A stretch of 64,000 nucleotides of DNA from the human T2T-CHM13v2.0 reference genome, Homo sapiens: NCBI RefSeq assembly GCF_009914755.1, contig NC_060931.1; one strand, written 5' to 3'. The translations under genes were made by a program, and so were the position numbers. Position 1 is the stretch's first letter. The number at the start of each line of letters is the position of its first letter. The notes beneath the pieces were generated by a model. It had not been told where the DNA came from. It did not search any database and worked only from the letters and a program-made list of their open reading frames with translations. Shown here piece after piece: positions 27,756 to 40,935 of this stretch.

Positions 27756-30399
27756 CACAACATTCCGTTGGGGGGAGGATTAAAATGGAGGTCCTAAATA
27801 TCTTTGGTGAGAGCAAATCTGTGTACACAGCTAAAAATGAGAAGAGTTCATGTGGAAATTTAAAACATTATTTGAATTTTATGTGTTTTACCTTCTTCCA
27901 CCTGGATATATTTATAATTCTAGCTCCATGTATTTTTAAATTTTCATCCAAAACAATTAAATAGTCCCTTCTGTCTTCAAATATTTTTTTCAGGCCTCTC
28001 TTGGTATAAAGGTATGATTAGCAAGTTAAAACTGGGAAGATTCACCTTGACCCAACCTGCTTCATAGTTTAATCAGAAAATGGTAGGCAGACAATTATTT
28101 GGGGCTTTTGTTGATTATGGTTGATTTAGCAAACAGCATGGAAGAGTTTCAGAGCACAGGCTAGAAATATGAAAAAGTCCTGCAGCTAGAAGAAGCATGG
28201 AGTTGCCAATTCCTTCAGCATCATATAGATATGTTTACCTGGCTGAGAATGTAATTGATATATCATGGATTACACTGCAAAAGAGTGACCTCACTCTCTG
28301 CCATTCTTTTTATATGTGGGTTTTTTATGTGTTAATAAAACAGTCTTGCAAACTGGAGCAGAAATCCAAGTAGTAATGTTGCTTAGTAAAGACACATTCC
28401 CATTTTTGGTATGTCAACTGAAACTATATAGGTAACTGTGGAAAGCTAGGACACAGAAACCCTTCATCTATTGTGGAGAGAAATATTTGATTCCTGTTAG
28501 TTCACTGCTGGGCAGCCAGGGAACCACTGAAGCAATTCAGTGGACAACTCTATTTGTCTTTGCAAAAATGATTTGTATAATTCAGTATTCAACTTATGTA
28601 TGATGCTTGGATTCTGGGTGTTGTGAAGAATACCTATGAATATAATCAACTTTATTTGTGCCAAAAATTGGAGAGCACTTCAGTCCATCTATAAATTTGC
28701 AAGAATAATGCATGAATACCAAGTGGCCACTAGAAGAATAAAAGAAAGCAGTAGATGATACAAAAAAAGAGAAAAATCAAAGTCTTTCTTTTTTTTTTCT
28801 TTTACCTTCTCATTAAAAATAACTCTGTTCCTGTTCCTGATAAAAAGATGTAATTGAGAATTGGATAAATTAGAATTTGTTAGACATATGGTCTTATATA
28901 GGGAGTGGCTTCACTTAGCTGAATTTTTATGAATGATTACTTCTTTAAGCTGGATTTGGTGCTTTATATTATAGCCTACCATGATGCTGCCCAAAAATGT
29001 GTCATAAGGTTAAAAATTTCCTAGATAGCTAGTTGTCTGTATATCTTTACTACAGTCAGTTGAGGAACCAGAGAAATTATATGAGAAAGAATAAACCATG
29101 GTTAACATTTTTTATAGCTAAATTTAGTTACCAGCAAGCCTGGTAATAATTTTGTTTGGGAGACAAACTGACATATTCATGTAGTGTAGTTATAAGTAAG
29201 GTTGCTTCTATCAAGCAGAATCTAACTGTATTTTTACTGACTGATTGTATAAAGTATGCTTACTGTCTGAATTCCAAGTGTTAACCTGGTATTTGGCTAT
29301 GGAAGTAAAAATTGCATAGACAAGACAAAGGACTACTAATAAGAGTGATAATTTGAGACACTTTGAAGTAATTAAGCACGGGAGCATTATACTGAAAACA
29401 AATAAACCAGTGAAAGAATAATAGAAAAATAAAGTTTATTTATGTTACATTTTAATTTTTGTTAGACTTAGATTTCACTTTTCTTGTTACTTTACTTTCA
29501 ACTCACAAATCATTTTGTAAAACAAATAAAAATGTACAGAAATAAAAAAAAACAGTCCTATTAGTAACTTGTTCTTCCTACGTTGAGTGAATAACAAATA
29601 AGCACTGAATTCCATTAAATCAATACACTGCTGATGTTCTCTTTGATACATTGTATGGTTCTGAATGACTCTGTTCATTTTCTATACCAGTGGAATTAGA
29701 ATAAGAAAACATTCTCTTTTGTGGTTAAACTGTCTAGAACAATAGAAAGTTAACATAGAAACTATGGTTTTAAGAGTATTATTAATTTAGAAGGAATATA
29801 TTTTGATTACTTGACTGAAAAAAACAAAGAAATCTTTGCAGTCCTAAATAATGTAAAGATCAGTGTCATATTGTTAAATTTTCTTAGGTATCATACTGGT
29901 TAGTAGGATTAATGAGAGGAATAATGCCTCTAAATTTGATGAGGGCTGAAGATGTAGTGATGTACTTTGAAAAATGTATACCTCTAACACACACATACAT
30001 GAAACATATCTTAAATATATTTAGTGTATTGTATTAATATATGATAAAAAATACTACATCTATTCACCAAAAAGTAAAAATTAATAGGAAAATGAGTTTA
30101 AAATCATTGAGTAATATTTTATGTATTGCTTATGGAACCTTAGATGTTCATTGTTATTTAAAATATTAAAAATCCTTGTGCTTCAGAATAACTGAGTGCA
30201 TCTATATTTTGATTTGATGTTAAGAATATAATAAGAAATAGATGTGATTGATAAGCCTATACACATTTGGTGGGCAGACATAAAAATACTTTATAAAACA
30301 TACATCTAATCCAGTGAGCCAGAAAAAATATAGTCAAAGACATTTTGACCAGCACACCATGCCAGGAGGACACTATTATGAGTTTATCATATGTCTTTA

Positions 30400-31000
30400 A
30401 ATTCCTTTATGTTTATATTTATACTTGCATTAACATAAATAAATTCACTAGTATAATAAACATTACTTGTGTCTTTTAAAATGTTTAATTTTTCATATGT
30501 CTTGGTAAATTATATTTCTATATTCTGTTTAAAGAATTTTCTGAAACTATATTCTGTTTAAACATTATGTTTCTATATTCTCTTTAAAGAGATATACATA
30601 TACCTAAATAATTACTTTAAACTATGATGTAGTTTCCTATCCTCCGTTTTGTAATTTACCATTCCACTAGACCATTGTATTTGCTCCTAAAGAGGATTGT
30701 AGTAAACATTTTTGTAAAATGTCTCCTTTTACACATGTGGAATATCCTCCAGCATACATGCATATGCAGAATTGCTTAGTCTGGTATTTATGCATGGATA
30801 TGAATTTTACTAGCTGCTAACAACTTATACTATAGCAAGGGTAGTATTTGAGAGGTCTCACTTGTCCAAATTCTTGCCAACACTTGATATTGCAAGACTA
30901 TAGTTTAGTACAAATTTGACATTTATGAATTAAAATCTTATTTTTAGTTTAATATATATTTATTTGAATATATATTAATAGTATGTTAATAGATATTTTA
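30400..31000 (-). mobile_element. Old L1M fragment
   Basis: gtaaacatttttgtaaaatgtctcc...tttgagaggtctcacttgtccaaattcttgccaacacttgatattg. Confidence 0.6.
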
Positions 31001-31221
31001 TATGTTTGCAATATTTTTAATGAAAAATCAGAATTCTGTATGGTGCATTGATGAAGCGATTTTGTTCTTTACTCCCAAATGCTTGTAAAACATCCAAGTA
31101 TGGTTCCTTTTTCCCTATCCCTGGATAAACATAAAACAATGCCTTGACCTAGGGCAAGTCCCTTAACTTTTATATAATAATTGTACCTTTGTCTCTTCTA
31201 GTTTCAAAAAACTCTTATTTC

Positions 31222-31424
31222 GGCTGGGCATTATGGCTCACACCTATAATTCCAGCACTTTGGTAGGCCGAGGTGAGCGGATCACCCGAGTTCAGGAGTT
31301 TGAGACCAGCCTAGCCAACATGGCTAAACTCCATCTCTACTAAAAAATGCAAACATTAGCCACTGCACTCCAGCCTGGGCAACAGAGTGAGATACCATCA
31401 CACCATCTCAAAACATAAACACAT

Positions 31425-31427
<3 letters not shown>
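31222..31427 (+). mobile_element. AluS with most of the right arm deleted
   Basis: Left arm intact, junction attagcc|actgcactccagcc; TSD ctcttatttc at 31212-31221 and 31473-31482. Confidence 0.92.

Positions 31428-31470
<43 letters not shown>
31428..31470. repeat. (CA)~21 microsatellite in Alu tail
   Basis: Pure ac repeat lying inside the Alu TSDs. Confidence 0.97.
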
Positions 31471-31472
<2 letters not shown>

Positions 31473-32534
31473 CTCTTATTTCAGTAATTAAGGTTCATAG
31501 TGGTGGAAAGAAAATAAGAAACAGGAATAGTTGATTTGAATAAAACTTCATGGATTTGGCAGTTGTCTAGATCAGACTCTCATGGGGACCTCCTAATTTT
31601 CTGGAAGGTCTGCTGCTGTTGCTGAGGATCTCTCATCTTCAGTTAATATTGATAATATTTCCTTTGATCAGCAGCCTATGACCTCAGTTTCAGCTCTTCA
31701 TTTGTGTGGCACTTTTAGCACCAGCTCTTGATGGGTGTCCAGTGCTCCTCTCAATGACCATTTGTAACCACTGACAAAATTTGGACTGCAGGTTTGCCCC
31801 AAAGCAGTCTCCTTTTCTGCATCTGCAATCAGAGCAGCTAGCTAGCTACGGTTGTTCTCTAGCTAGTATTTGTCTGGCTCCATTTAGCTTTGGTACTCTT
31901 GAACTATGAAGTTGCTCTGAAAGTTTGTATTCCATAGCAAGCAGCATGTTCAGCAAATCAATACTTTTACTAATTTTCACTACCCTTTTATTTTCCATAT
32001 GAAGATTTTTATGACTTTGTTGTAAATAATAGACTGTCTCAAATACAGACTTTCCTTCCCCCTATTTTTAAAATCTGCTTTAGAGTGTCAAATTTGCACA
32101 TATAGCTTGAGAACCTTGGGCAAACTACATAAAAAGAGAAAAAAGTTCATTATAAAATTCTGTTAGAGAATTTGAGTTTATTTTTCTGTAAGCTGTCTTT
32201 CTTTTAGGATATATATATATCTCCTATATATATACACTTTCAAATGAATATGTAAACATCTTTACTTATACTTATTCTGGAAATAAATGACACTTCTATT
32301 ATATTTATTGCAAATAGGTTCTCCTAGTTTGCAGACTAAATGTTGTTTTTTGTATCACAAGGTATTTTATCTAGCCAAATCTATCACATTTTTAAAGTTT
32401 GCATTTTCTCAAGATATCAGATCCTTTCTTACTTTGTTATATGAAAGAAGCACTTATTTCAGAGGCAATCAAAACATTTCAATAAAATGTTTTCAGTACC
32501 AATTATTACTCATAAAAATATTTGTACCTATTAT

Positions 32535-33302
32535 TAAGAGAGTAAATTTCAAATGTTCTCACCACCAAAAAGGATAATTTTTAGGTGATGGATACATTAA
32601 TTGGTTTGATTTCATTACTGGACATTGTGTTTTTAAATTACAATATCACATTGTACCACAAAAATATATTCAACTATAATTCTTCAATTTAGAATTTAAA
32701 AATCAGAAAATTATATTATCTGAAAATATATTGTCTGAAAAATCAGGAAAAACATATTATCTTAGTTTCTCCCAAAAGTTTAACTTTAAAGAAAGAGATA
32801 TGCTTATCAGGCAAGTAGAACTGATTAGTTAAAATTTTTAAGGATCTACTAAACACAGGATTGATTACAGTGAAGTGTTTTACACTGGAAACCATGCTAA
32901 TATATTTCTAATATGTTTTATCTATCAAATTATAATATCATGAGACATATTCTCAATGAGGCAAAAGGCTTATAAATATAGAAAATCATTCATTTATCAC
33001 ATTGATCTTATAAATTTTACTGAGAAATTTCCAGCATTTGAAAAGCCAAATCACTGTCTAAATATTGACTTCACGAAAGTGAGAACGGTTGTTGAAGAAA
33101 CATCGATATATCTTAGTAAAATATAATTTTCTGATTTTTAAATTCTAAATTGAAGAATTATAGTTGAATATATTTATGTGGTATAATGTGATGTTGTAAT
33201 TTAAAAACACAATGTCCAGTAATGAAATCAAACCAATTAATGTATCCATCACCTAAAAATTATCCTTTTTGGTGGTGAGAACATTTGAAATTTACTCCCT
33301 TA
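32535..33302. repeat. Inverted repeat: 183-bp arms (32535-32717 and 33120-33302), ~400-bp spacer
   Basis: Manual reverse-complement alignment gives 4 mismatches and no gaps; arms consist of an L1MA 3' end plus ~15 nt of flank. Confidence 0.95.
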
Positions 33303-36300
33303 GTGATTTTGAGATGTCCAATAAAATATCATTTACTAGGTTCACCATGCTATGCAATATCTTCCAAAGAAAAAATACTTATTCCTCCTGTCTGAGACTC
33401 TTTATCTATTGACCATCATCTACCCATCCCCCCATGACCTCAGCCTCTGGTAATCACCATCTTTGCTTCTTTGAATTTAATCATTTTAGTTTTCACATAT
33501 AAGTGAGAACATACAATATGTGGTTTTGCATGCCTGGCTTATCTCATTTAGAATAATGTTCTCCAATTCCATCCATGTTGTTGCAAATGACAACATTTCT
33601 TTCTTTTTTAATGCTAAATACTATCCCATTGTGTATATATGCCTCATTGTCTTTATCTATACGTCTAGTGATGGATACTTAGATTGATTCCATAACTTGA
33701 TTATGGTGAATAGTGCTGCAATAAGCATGGGAAAACAGACATCTCTTCAACATGCTGATTTCAGATCTTTGGGGTAGATACTCAGAAGTGGGATTGCTGG
33801 ATCATAGAGTAATTTTATTTTCAGTTTTTTGAGAAACCTCTGTAAAGTTTTTGTAATGACTGTTCTAATTTACATTCCCAGGAAAGTGTGTGCAAGCGTT
33901 CCCTTTTTGCCCCATCCTCTTCAGCACTTATCTTTTGTGTTTTTTATAGTAGCCAAACAAGTGTGATATAATAGCTCATTGTGATTTTACTTGGCATTTT
34001 CTTAATGATCTGTGGCATTGAGGATTTTTTTTCATATACCTGTGGCCATTTGTATGTTTTCTTTTAAGAAATATTGATTCATGTCCCTTACCCAGTTTTA
34101 GCTGAATTATTTGTTTCATTTGTATAGAGTAGTTTAAGTTACATATATATACACTTTGGATATTAACCCCTTATCAGAAGGATGGCTTGAAAATATTTTC
34201 TCCCAATCTGTAGTTTGTCTGTTTATTAATTGCTTTATTTGTTTTTGTAGAAGCTTTTTAAAAACTGTAATCCCATTTGTCTATTTTTGCTTTTGTTTCC
34301 TGAACTTTTGGGGTCAAATCTAAAAAATGTTTGCCCAGATCAATGTCTCATAGTTTTATCTTTATGTTTTCTTTTAATATATTTAGAGTTTCAGATTATA
34401 TGTGTTAATCTTTAATCCATTTTGAGTTGATTTTTGTAATTGATTTGAGATAGGGGTCCAATTTTATTATTTTGCATATGGATATACAGTTATGCGGTAT
34501 AATTTATTAAAGTGACTGTCCTTTTCCTAGCATGTATACTTGGCACCTCTGTGGAAAATCAATTGATTACACATGTTAGGGTTGAATTCTGGACTCTGTA
34601 TTCTACTACATTTATTGATGAGTCTATTTTTATGACAATACCATGCAATTTAAATTAGCACCACTTTGTAGTATAGTTTAAAATTATGTGGTGTAATGCT
34701 TTAAGTTTTGTTCATTTTCCTCATGATTTGCCTTAGCTATTTGGGTTTTATTACAGTTCTATATAACTTTTAGAATCTTTTCTGTTTCTATAAGGAAGTG
34801 TTGGATCTACAGATTGAATGCAATTCTTATGAACACTCCAATGTCATTTTTCATAGGAATTGCATTAAATCTGTGGATTGCTTTGGGTATTACTGACATT
34901 TTAACAATATTAATTCTTCCAATTCATGAACATAGAATATCTTTCCATCTATTTATGTCTTCTTTAATTTCTTTCAATAAGGTTTTAAAGTTTTTAGTGT
35001 ACAAGTCTTTCACCTAGTTGGTCAAATTTATCCATAAGTATTTTTTGAAACTATTGTAAATTGAATTGTTTTCCTGATTTCCTTTTCAGATAGTTTGCTA
35101 TTTATGTATAGAAATGCTATTGATTTTTGTGTGTTGATTTTGTATTCTACCATTTTGATGAATATGTTCATTAGTCCTAACACTTTTATGGTAGAGTCTT
35201 CAGGATTTTCTATGTATAAGATCATATCATCTGCAATGACCAATAATTTCACTTCTTTTTTTATTTGGATGTCTTTTTTTACTTTTTCTTTCCCAATTAA
35301 TCTGGCAAGAACTTCTAATACTATGTTGAATAGAAGTGGTAAGAGTGTGCATACTTGTCTTGTTCCAGATAGTAACGGAAAGAGTTTCAATTTTTCACCA
35401 TTGAGTATAATGCTAGCTGTGGATTTACATTATATGGCCTTTATTATGTTGAGCTACATTCTTTTCCTACCTAATCTGTTGAGAGTTTTTATCATAAAAG
35501 GATGTTGAATTTTGTAAAATTCATTTACTTCAACTCGTGAAATGACTATACAGTTTTTGTCATTCATTCTGTTAATGTGATATATAACACTTGCTGATTT
35601 GTGTATGTTGAAACATCCTTGTATCCCAGGGACAAATCACACTTGTTTATGGTGAATTATCCTTGTAATGTGTTGTTGAATTTGATTTGCTAATATTTTG
35701 TTGAAGACTTTTGAAACTATGTTCATCGGGAATATTAGCCCATAGTTTTATTTTTTGTTGTGTCCTTTTCTCTTTTTGCTGTCAGGGTAATGCCGGCTTC
35801 ATAGAATGAGTTTGGAAATATTCTCTCCTCTTCGATTTTTCTGGAGAGTTTGAAAAGAGTTGCTATTACTTCTTCTTTAAATGTTTAATAGAATTCAGCA
35901 GTGGAGCCATTGTGTCCCAGATTTTCCTTTGATGGGAGACTTCTTATTACTGATGTAATCTTATTCATTATTAGCCTCTTGAGATTTTCTATTTCTTTAT
36001 GATTCAGAATTGCTAGGTTTTATGTTTCCAGGAATTTATTCATTTTTTGTATATTATCAGATTTATTGGCATTAGTTATTCATTACACTCTTTATAATCC
36101 TTTATATTTCTGTGATATTAGTTGCAATGCCTCCTTTTTTACCTCTGATGTTATATATTTGAGTCTTCTTTTTTAAAATATCTAGCTAAAAATTTGTCTA
36201 TTTTGTCTATCTTTCAAAACACTCACTTATTTTAATCTTTTATATTGCTTTACCAGTCTATATTTCATTTATTTCTGGTCTAATATTTATTTCTTATTTT

Positions 36301-37716
36301 CTCTGCTGACCTTGGGATTGGTTTGTTCTTCTTTTACTATTTCTTGAGGTGCAAAATTATTTGTTTATTTTAAACCTTTCTTCTTTTTGGATGAAGGCAT
36401 TTATTGCTATAAACTTTTCTCTTAAAACTGCTTTTGCTATATCCATAAATTTTGGTATGTTTTGTTCCCATTTTTATTTGTCTCAATTTTTTTCCTTTTA
36501 AATTATTCATTAATCCATGGGTTGTTCAAGAGCTTGTTGTTTACCTTTCACGTATTTGTGAATATTCTGGAACTCCTCCTGTTACTTATTTCTGTTTCAC
36601 ACAATTATTGTCAGAAGAGGTATTTTATACCATTTGGTCTTCTTAAATTTTCTAAGACTTATTTTGTGGCCTAACATATGACCTATCCTAGAAAAGGCTC
36701 CATATGTGCTTAAGAAGAATTTGTATTCTGTTGTTGGACGGAATGTTCTCCATTCTGTTACATCCATTTGGTCTAAAGTGTTGTTCAGGTCCAATATTTT
36801 CTTACTAACATTCTATCTGGATGATCTTTCCATTACTGTGCGATAGTCAAGTCATCTATTATTATATTACATTCTATGTCTCCCTTAGGATCCTTTAATA
36901 TATTTTGGTGTTCTGAGGTTGGGTGCTTATATATTTACAATTATTATAACTCTTAATGAATTGACACTTTTACCATTATAAGATATTCTTCTTTGTCTCT
37001 TTTTACAATTTTTTACAGTTTTACAAAACTTAAAGTCTGTTGTTTTCTGATATAGCTATCCCTGCTCTCTTATGGTTTCCATTTACCTGGAATGTATCTT
37101 ACATTCCTTCACTTTCAGTCAATGTGTGTCTTTAAAAGGAAGGTGAATCTCTTGTATGAAGCACATAGTAAGACCCTGCATTTTAAAAAATCCATTCAGT
37201 TATTCTACAACTTTTTATTGGAAAACTTCATTAATTTAAATTTAAAATAATTATTGATAGGTAAGGACTTACTACTGTCAATTTGTTAATTGTTTTCTGG
37301 TGCTTTTGCAAATTTTTAAGTTATTTCTTCTTCTCTTGCTGTCTTTATTTGTGTTTTGATGTTTTTCTTAAAAGTGGTATCTTTTAATCTTTTCTATTTC
37401 TACTTTTGGTGAATGTGTCTACTGTAGAACTTTGTGGTTACCATAAGACTTACATGAAATTTCTTATACTTATGACAGTCTATTTTAAGTTGATAAAAAC
37501 TTAGCTTTGATTACATATCACTCTACACTTTTATCCGCCACACACATTTTGTTTTTGATGTTAGAACTTATATTACTTTTTAATATACATCCATTGACAA
37601 GTTATTTTAACTATAATTGTTACTAATAGTTCATTCTTTTAACTCTCATTATAACGAAAAAATTGTACCACCATTATAGACCTAGGGCCTTCTGAATATG
37701 ACTCTATTACTTATGC
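33130..37716 (-). mobile_element. L1MA (MA6-8-like) element: 3' UTR, decayed ORF2 and inter-ORF region
   Basis: Minus-strand ORF remnants: RT (SGTRQVCTLLPLLFNIVLEVLA...IADDMILYIENP, 35028-35390) and endonuclease (DLNNTLDQMD...GAFSRIGHMLGHK, 36597-36794); L1MA-type 3' end. Confidence 0.95.
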
Positions 37717-38289
37717 CATCAAGAGATCAAACCTGTGAATAACCTATTAAAGAAGGAAAAGAAAGAGAAAATGGCTAGAATATTGAAATAAATAATGGCT
37801 GTAAACTTCCCTAATGTGAAGAAAGATGTCAACATACAGGTACAGGAAGTGCAGAGGTCTCCAATCAAATGCAACTCAAAGAGAAGTTGACTAACACATG
37901 TAATAATCAAACTACCAAAAATCAAAGGCAAAAAAAATTCTGAGAGCAGCAAAAATAACAAACACATCACAAAGGGGCCACAATATGCAGGTCAATGGAT
38001 TTCTTTGAAAAAAATCTTGCAGACCAGAAGATTGGAAATATATATTCAAAGTGAAGAAAAAAAAGCAAAAAAAAACAAAAAAAAAACACCTTAAACCAAC
38101 TGTTAACTAAGAATACTTTACTGAGCAATGCTGTCTTTCAAAAATGAGGGAGAAAAAAAAACTTTCCTAGCCAAACAGAAGCTAGGAAATTAACCATTAC
38201 CAGGCCTGCAATAGAGAAATTGCTAAAGGAACCATTTAAACTAAATCAAAAAGCTGATGATTAACAGTATAAAACATTCAAAGGTATAA
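37717..38289 (+). mobile_element. Inverted 5' segment (ORF1 C-terminal half) of the same L1MA
   Basis: aaataatggctgtaaacttccctaat...caggtacaggaagtgcagaggtctccaatc...aattctgagagcagca; opposite strand and directly abutting the ORF2 segment. Confidence 0.88.
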
Positions 38290-39420
38290 GAAATTAAAAT
38301 TGTTAGTAGAAACATTATATAATATACTCTGTGTATGTATTAATTTTACTTTATTAATTACATGCAAACAAGAATAATGAAATGATAGTAGACCCTTTAC
38401 ATATTGTTTTCTGTGTGTGAAATTGTATAAAAGTAAAGACTCAGAGAAAATATGGGATTATAGTGTTAAATGATTAATAACAAAGGTGTATACAAAAGGG
38501 ATAGGTTGTCACATAATGAGGAAAATAATATTACTAAAGGATCAAAAAAGACACATTTGACTTTTTGAGATATTTGGCTAAGGTAAATGTATATCCCAAG
38601 GTAGTGACATTAACACTGAATTAATATTAAAGAATTGCCTTCTCTCTCTCTGTCTCTCTCTCTCTCTCTTCACTTGAAATATTGTATGATTAAACTTTTA
38701 AAGTTGACTAAAATCCTAGATAAAGTATGCATCTGGGGAGATTCCAAGCAAAGCTAGAGAAAGGAGAGGGACAGTAAAAACTCATTCTTGTTATTTGTTC
38801 TAACTATGACAAATAATAAACAAGAAACTGAAGTCATAGTGGCATAGTATTATGCAGTGGTTCTTTGAGGGGAAAGAAGATGTAAGGCAGGGTAACTCCA
38901 CCTTTTAAAGATTGCTGTATATTGCTTAAAATAAATGCCAGTCTTTCAAATAGTATTGTGTGTGTATTTATTTTTTGGTGAAACAGTCATGTTTATTTAT
39001 TTTGTTAGTTTCATATTTTTTCATTTTCATTAGAAGTAATATACAAATATATAATTTCTTTTTTTATTAAATCGTTTGTGGTTTAATTCGTAATAAATCT
39101 AGAACATATGGGTAGAATTTAAACTTAGCTAGCTGAATGCTCTGAGAAGTAATTGTCAGAATCCTACTAGTGTTAATTAAAACACTACAGCTAATGTATC
39201 ATACATCAAAATTAGATTAGACTTCATGGTATAAAATTCTGGCAAGAGATAAACATAAGGTGTTTCTTAAAAATTTGAGATAATATTTGTGAGAGATTAT
39301 ACCTGAGGGGAAAATGATATCTATATGGTGAATAATAAAATTATTTACTACCTGAATTCTTGAAAGCTGAATGCCAGGAAAATGCCTCCAACCTCTGGTA
39401 AATTTAGGTTTACAATCATC

Positions 39421-39574
39421 AGAATAGCATGTGAAAAAAAAAATTTGATTCAAGGCTGCATATAATCAGTAATTAGTTTTTACATGTAAACACAGCACTT
39501 TAAATTCACAAAACTAATTAGCCACACTATGATTCAATAATATTTTTGTGTTTATTAAGCCCATAGGATTCTCT
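39421..39574 (+). repeat. Dispersed direct duplication, copy 1 (twin at 43377-43527)
   Basis: aggctgcatataatcagtaattagtttt...taaacacagcactttaaattcacaaaacta...gtgtttattaagcccataggattctct present in both. Confidence 0.95.
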
Positions 39575-40099
39575 TTTTATTGGAAATGAATAGCTATTAA
39601 AATAGTGCCTAGTCAATGGTTACTACTTTCAGAATAAATTCTATGTACAGATTCATTTTATGGCATATACTAAATCCAAAACTAAAGTTAATATATCCAA
39701 AATATTTTTGCATAAAAATCCAAATGCTTTTTATAGCCTTATTATCTGAAATTTCTGGAGCTTGCAATATGAAAACAATCCTTGCATATCTAATATGCAG
39801 AGCAGCTTAACAATCAATGCATTGAGTCAACTGTGCTCTAATTAGGAGTCAGTAGTACTCAATCTCAATCTTCCTGTGGTCAAAGTGAGTGCAGAATTGA
39901 GTAGACTGAATGAACATGCATGCATACACAAGATTAATTTATGTGTGGTGTGTGTGTGAGAAAAAGAGACAGAAAAAGAAGAAAAGAAGAAGACAGAAAG
40001 TAAAAAAAAAGGAGAATATAATAGAATAGAGTGAAAGAGAGAAGACTGTGGTGGTTTGGAACAAAATTAAGTAATATTTTTAAGTTTCCTTCAAGTAGG

Positions 40100-40483
40100 T
40101 GTATTAGTGTTTTCTTGCACTGCTATTAAAAAATACCTGAAACCGGGTAATTTATAAGAAAAGAGGTTTAATTGGCTCACAGTTCTGCAGGCTATACAGC
40201 AAGCATAACAGCTTCTGGGGAGGCCTTGGGAAACTTACCAACATGGCTGAAAGTGAAGGGGAACTGAGCACTTCACATGACTGAAGTGAGAGGAAGAAAG
40301 AGAAGGCAGATGCTACATGCTTTTAAAACAACAAGATTTCACGATAACTCATTTTCATCATAACAACACCAAGGGGGATGGTGTTAAATCATGAGGAATC
40401 CCCCCTATGATACAATCATCTCCCACCAAGCCCCACCTCCAACACTGGGGATTACAATTCCACATAAGATCCAAACCATATCT
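40100..40483 (-). mobile_element. MSTA-type MaLR solo LTR
   Basis: tgtattagt...aaaagaggtttaattggctcacagttctgcaggc...atccaaaccatatc; 5-bp TSD gtagg at 40095-40099 and 40484-40488. Confidence 0.92.
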
Positions 40484-40514
40484 GTAGGCTTGGCTAACCA
40501 TCTCTAATATTCCT

Positions 40515-40935
40515 GAATCAGTTAGGATGCTTTCAAGTACAATAACAGAACACTCCACTAAAAAGGTTAAATCCATACATAGTTTATATTATCATAACTA
40601 GAAACACAAAGAAAAGATTATGGCATGGATAATTTGATGACATAATGATACTGTCAAGGGCTATCTTTTGATATCTTCCATCTTTTGAGTGTTATTTTCT
40701 TAGTGTAAATTTCATGCTTATTCAATATAATGCAACATTTCCAGGCATCACCACCTCACACAGTCCCCTTCAGAGTTAGAAAACAGAAGTTCTCCTCATG
40801 TTTCTGACTGAACATCTAAAACACTGTTTTTCAGAAGTCCCTCAGTAATCTTTCCTTCGACATTCATTTGCCAAAATTACATCTCACATGTATCCAAACT
40901 ATAAAATATGTGGAGAACAGAGTTGCCAGAATAGC
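40515..40935 (-). mobile_element. Old MLT1 (J/K-like) LTR
   Basis: atcagttaggatgctttcaagtacaataacagaa start; cagaagtccctcag...cattcatttgccaaaattacatctcacatg. Confidence 0.55.

Noticed and set aside
28524-28543. 8-bp stem with GCAA tetraloop (ccactgaa-gcaa-ttcagtgg)
   Set aside because: Stems this short are expected by chance in 64 kb; no other RNA-gene evidence
35028-35508. ORFs with reverse-transcriptase similarity (and the antisense 137-aa ORF)
   Set aside because: Short open stretches of a decayed L1 ORF2 surrounded by stops and frameshifts; not a functional gene
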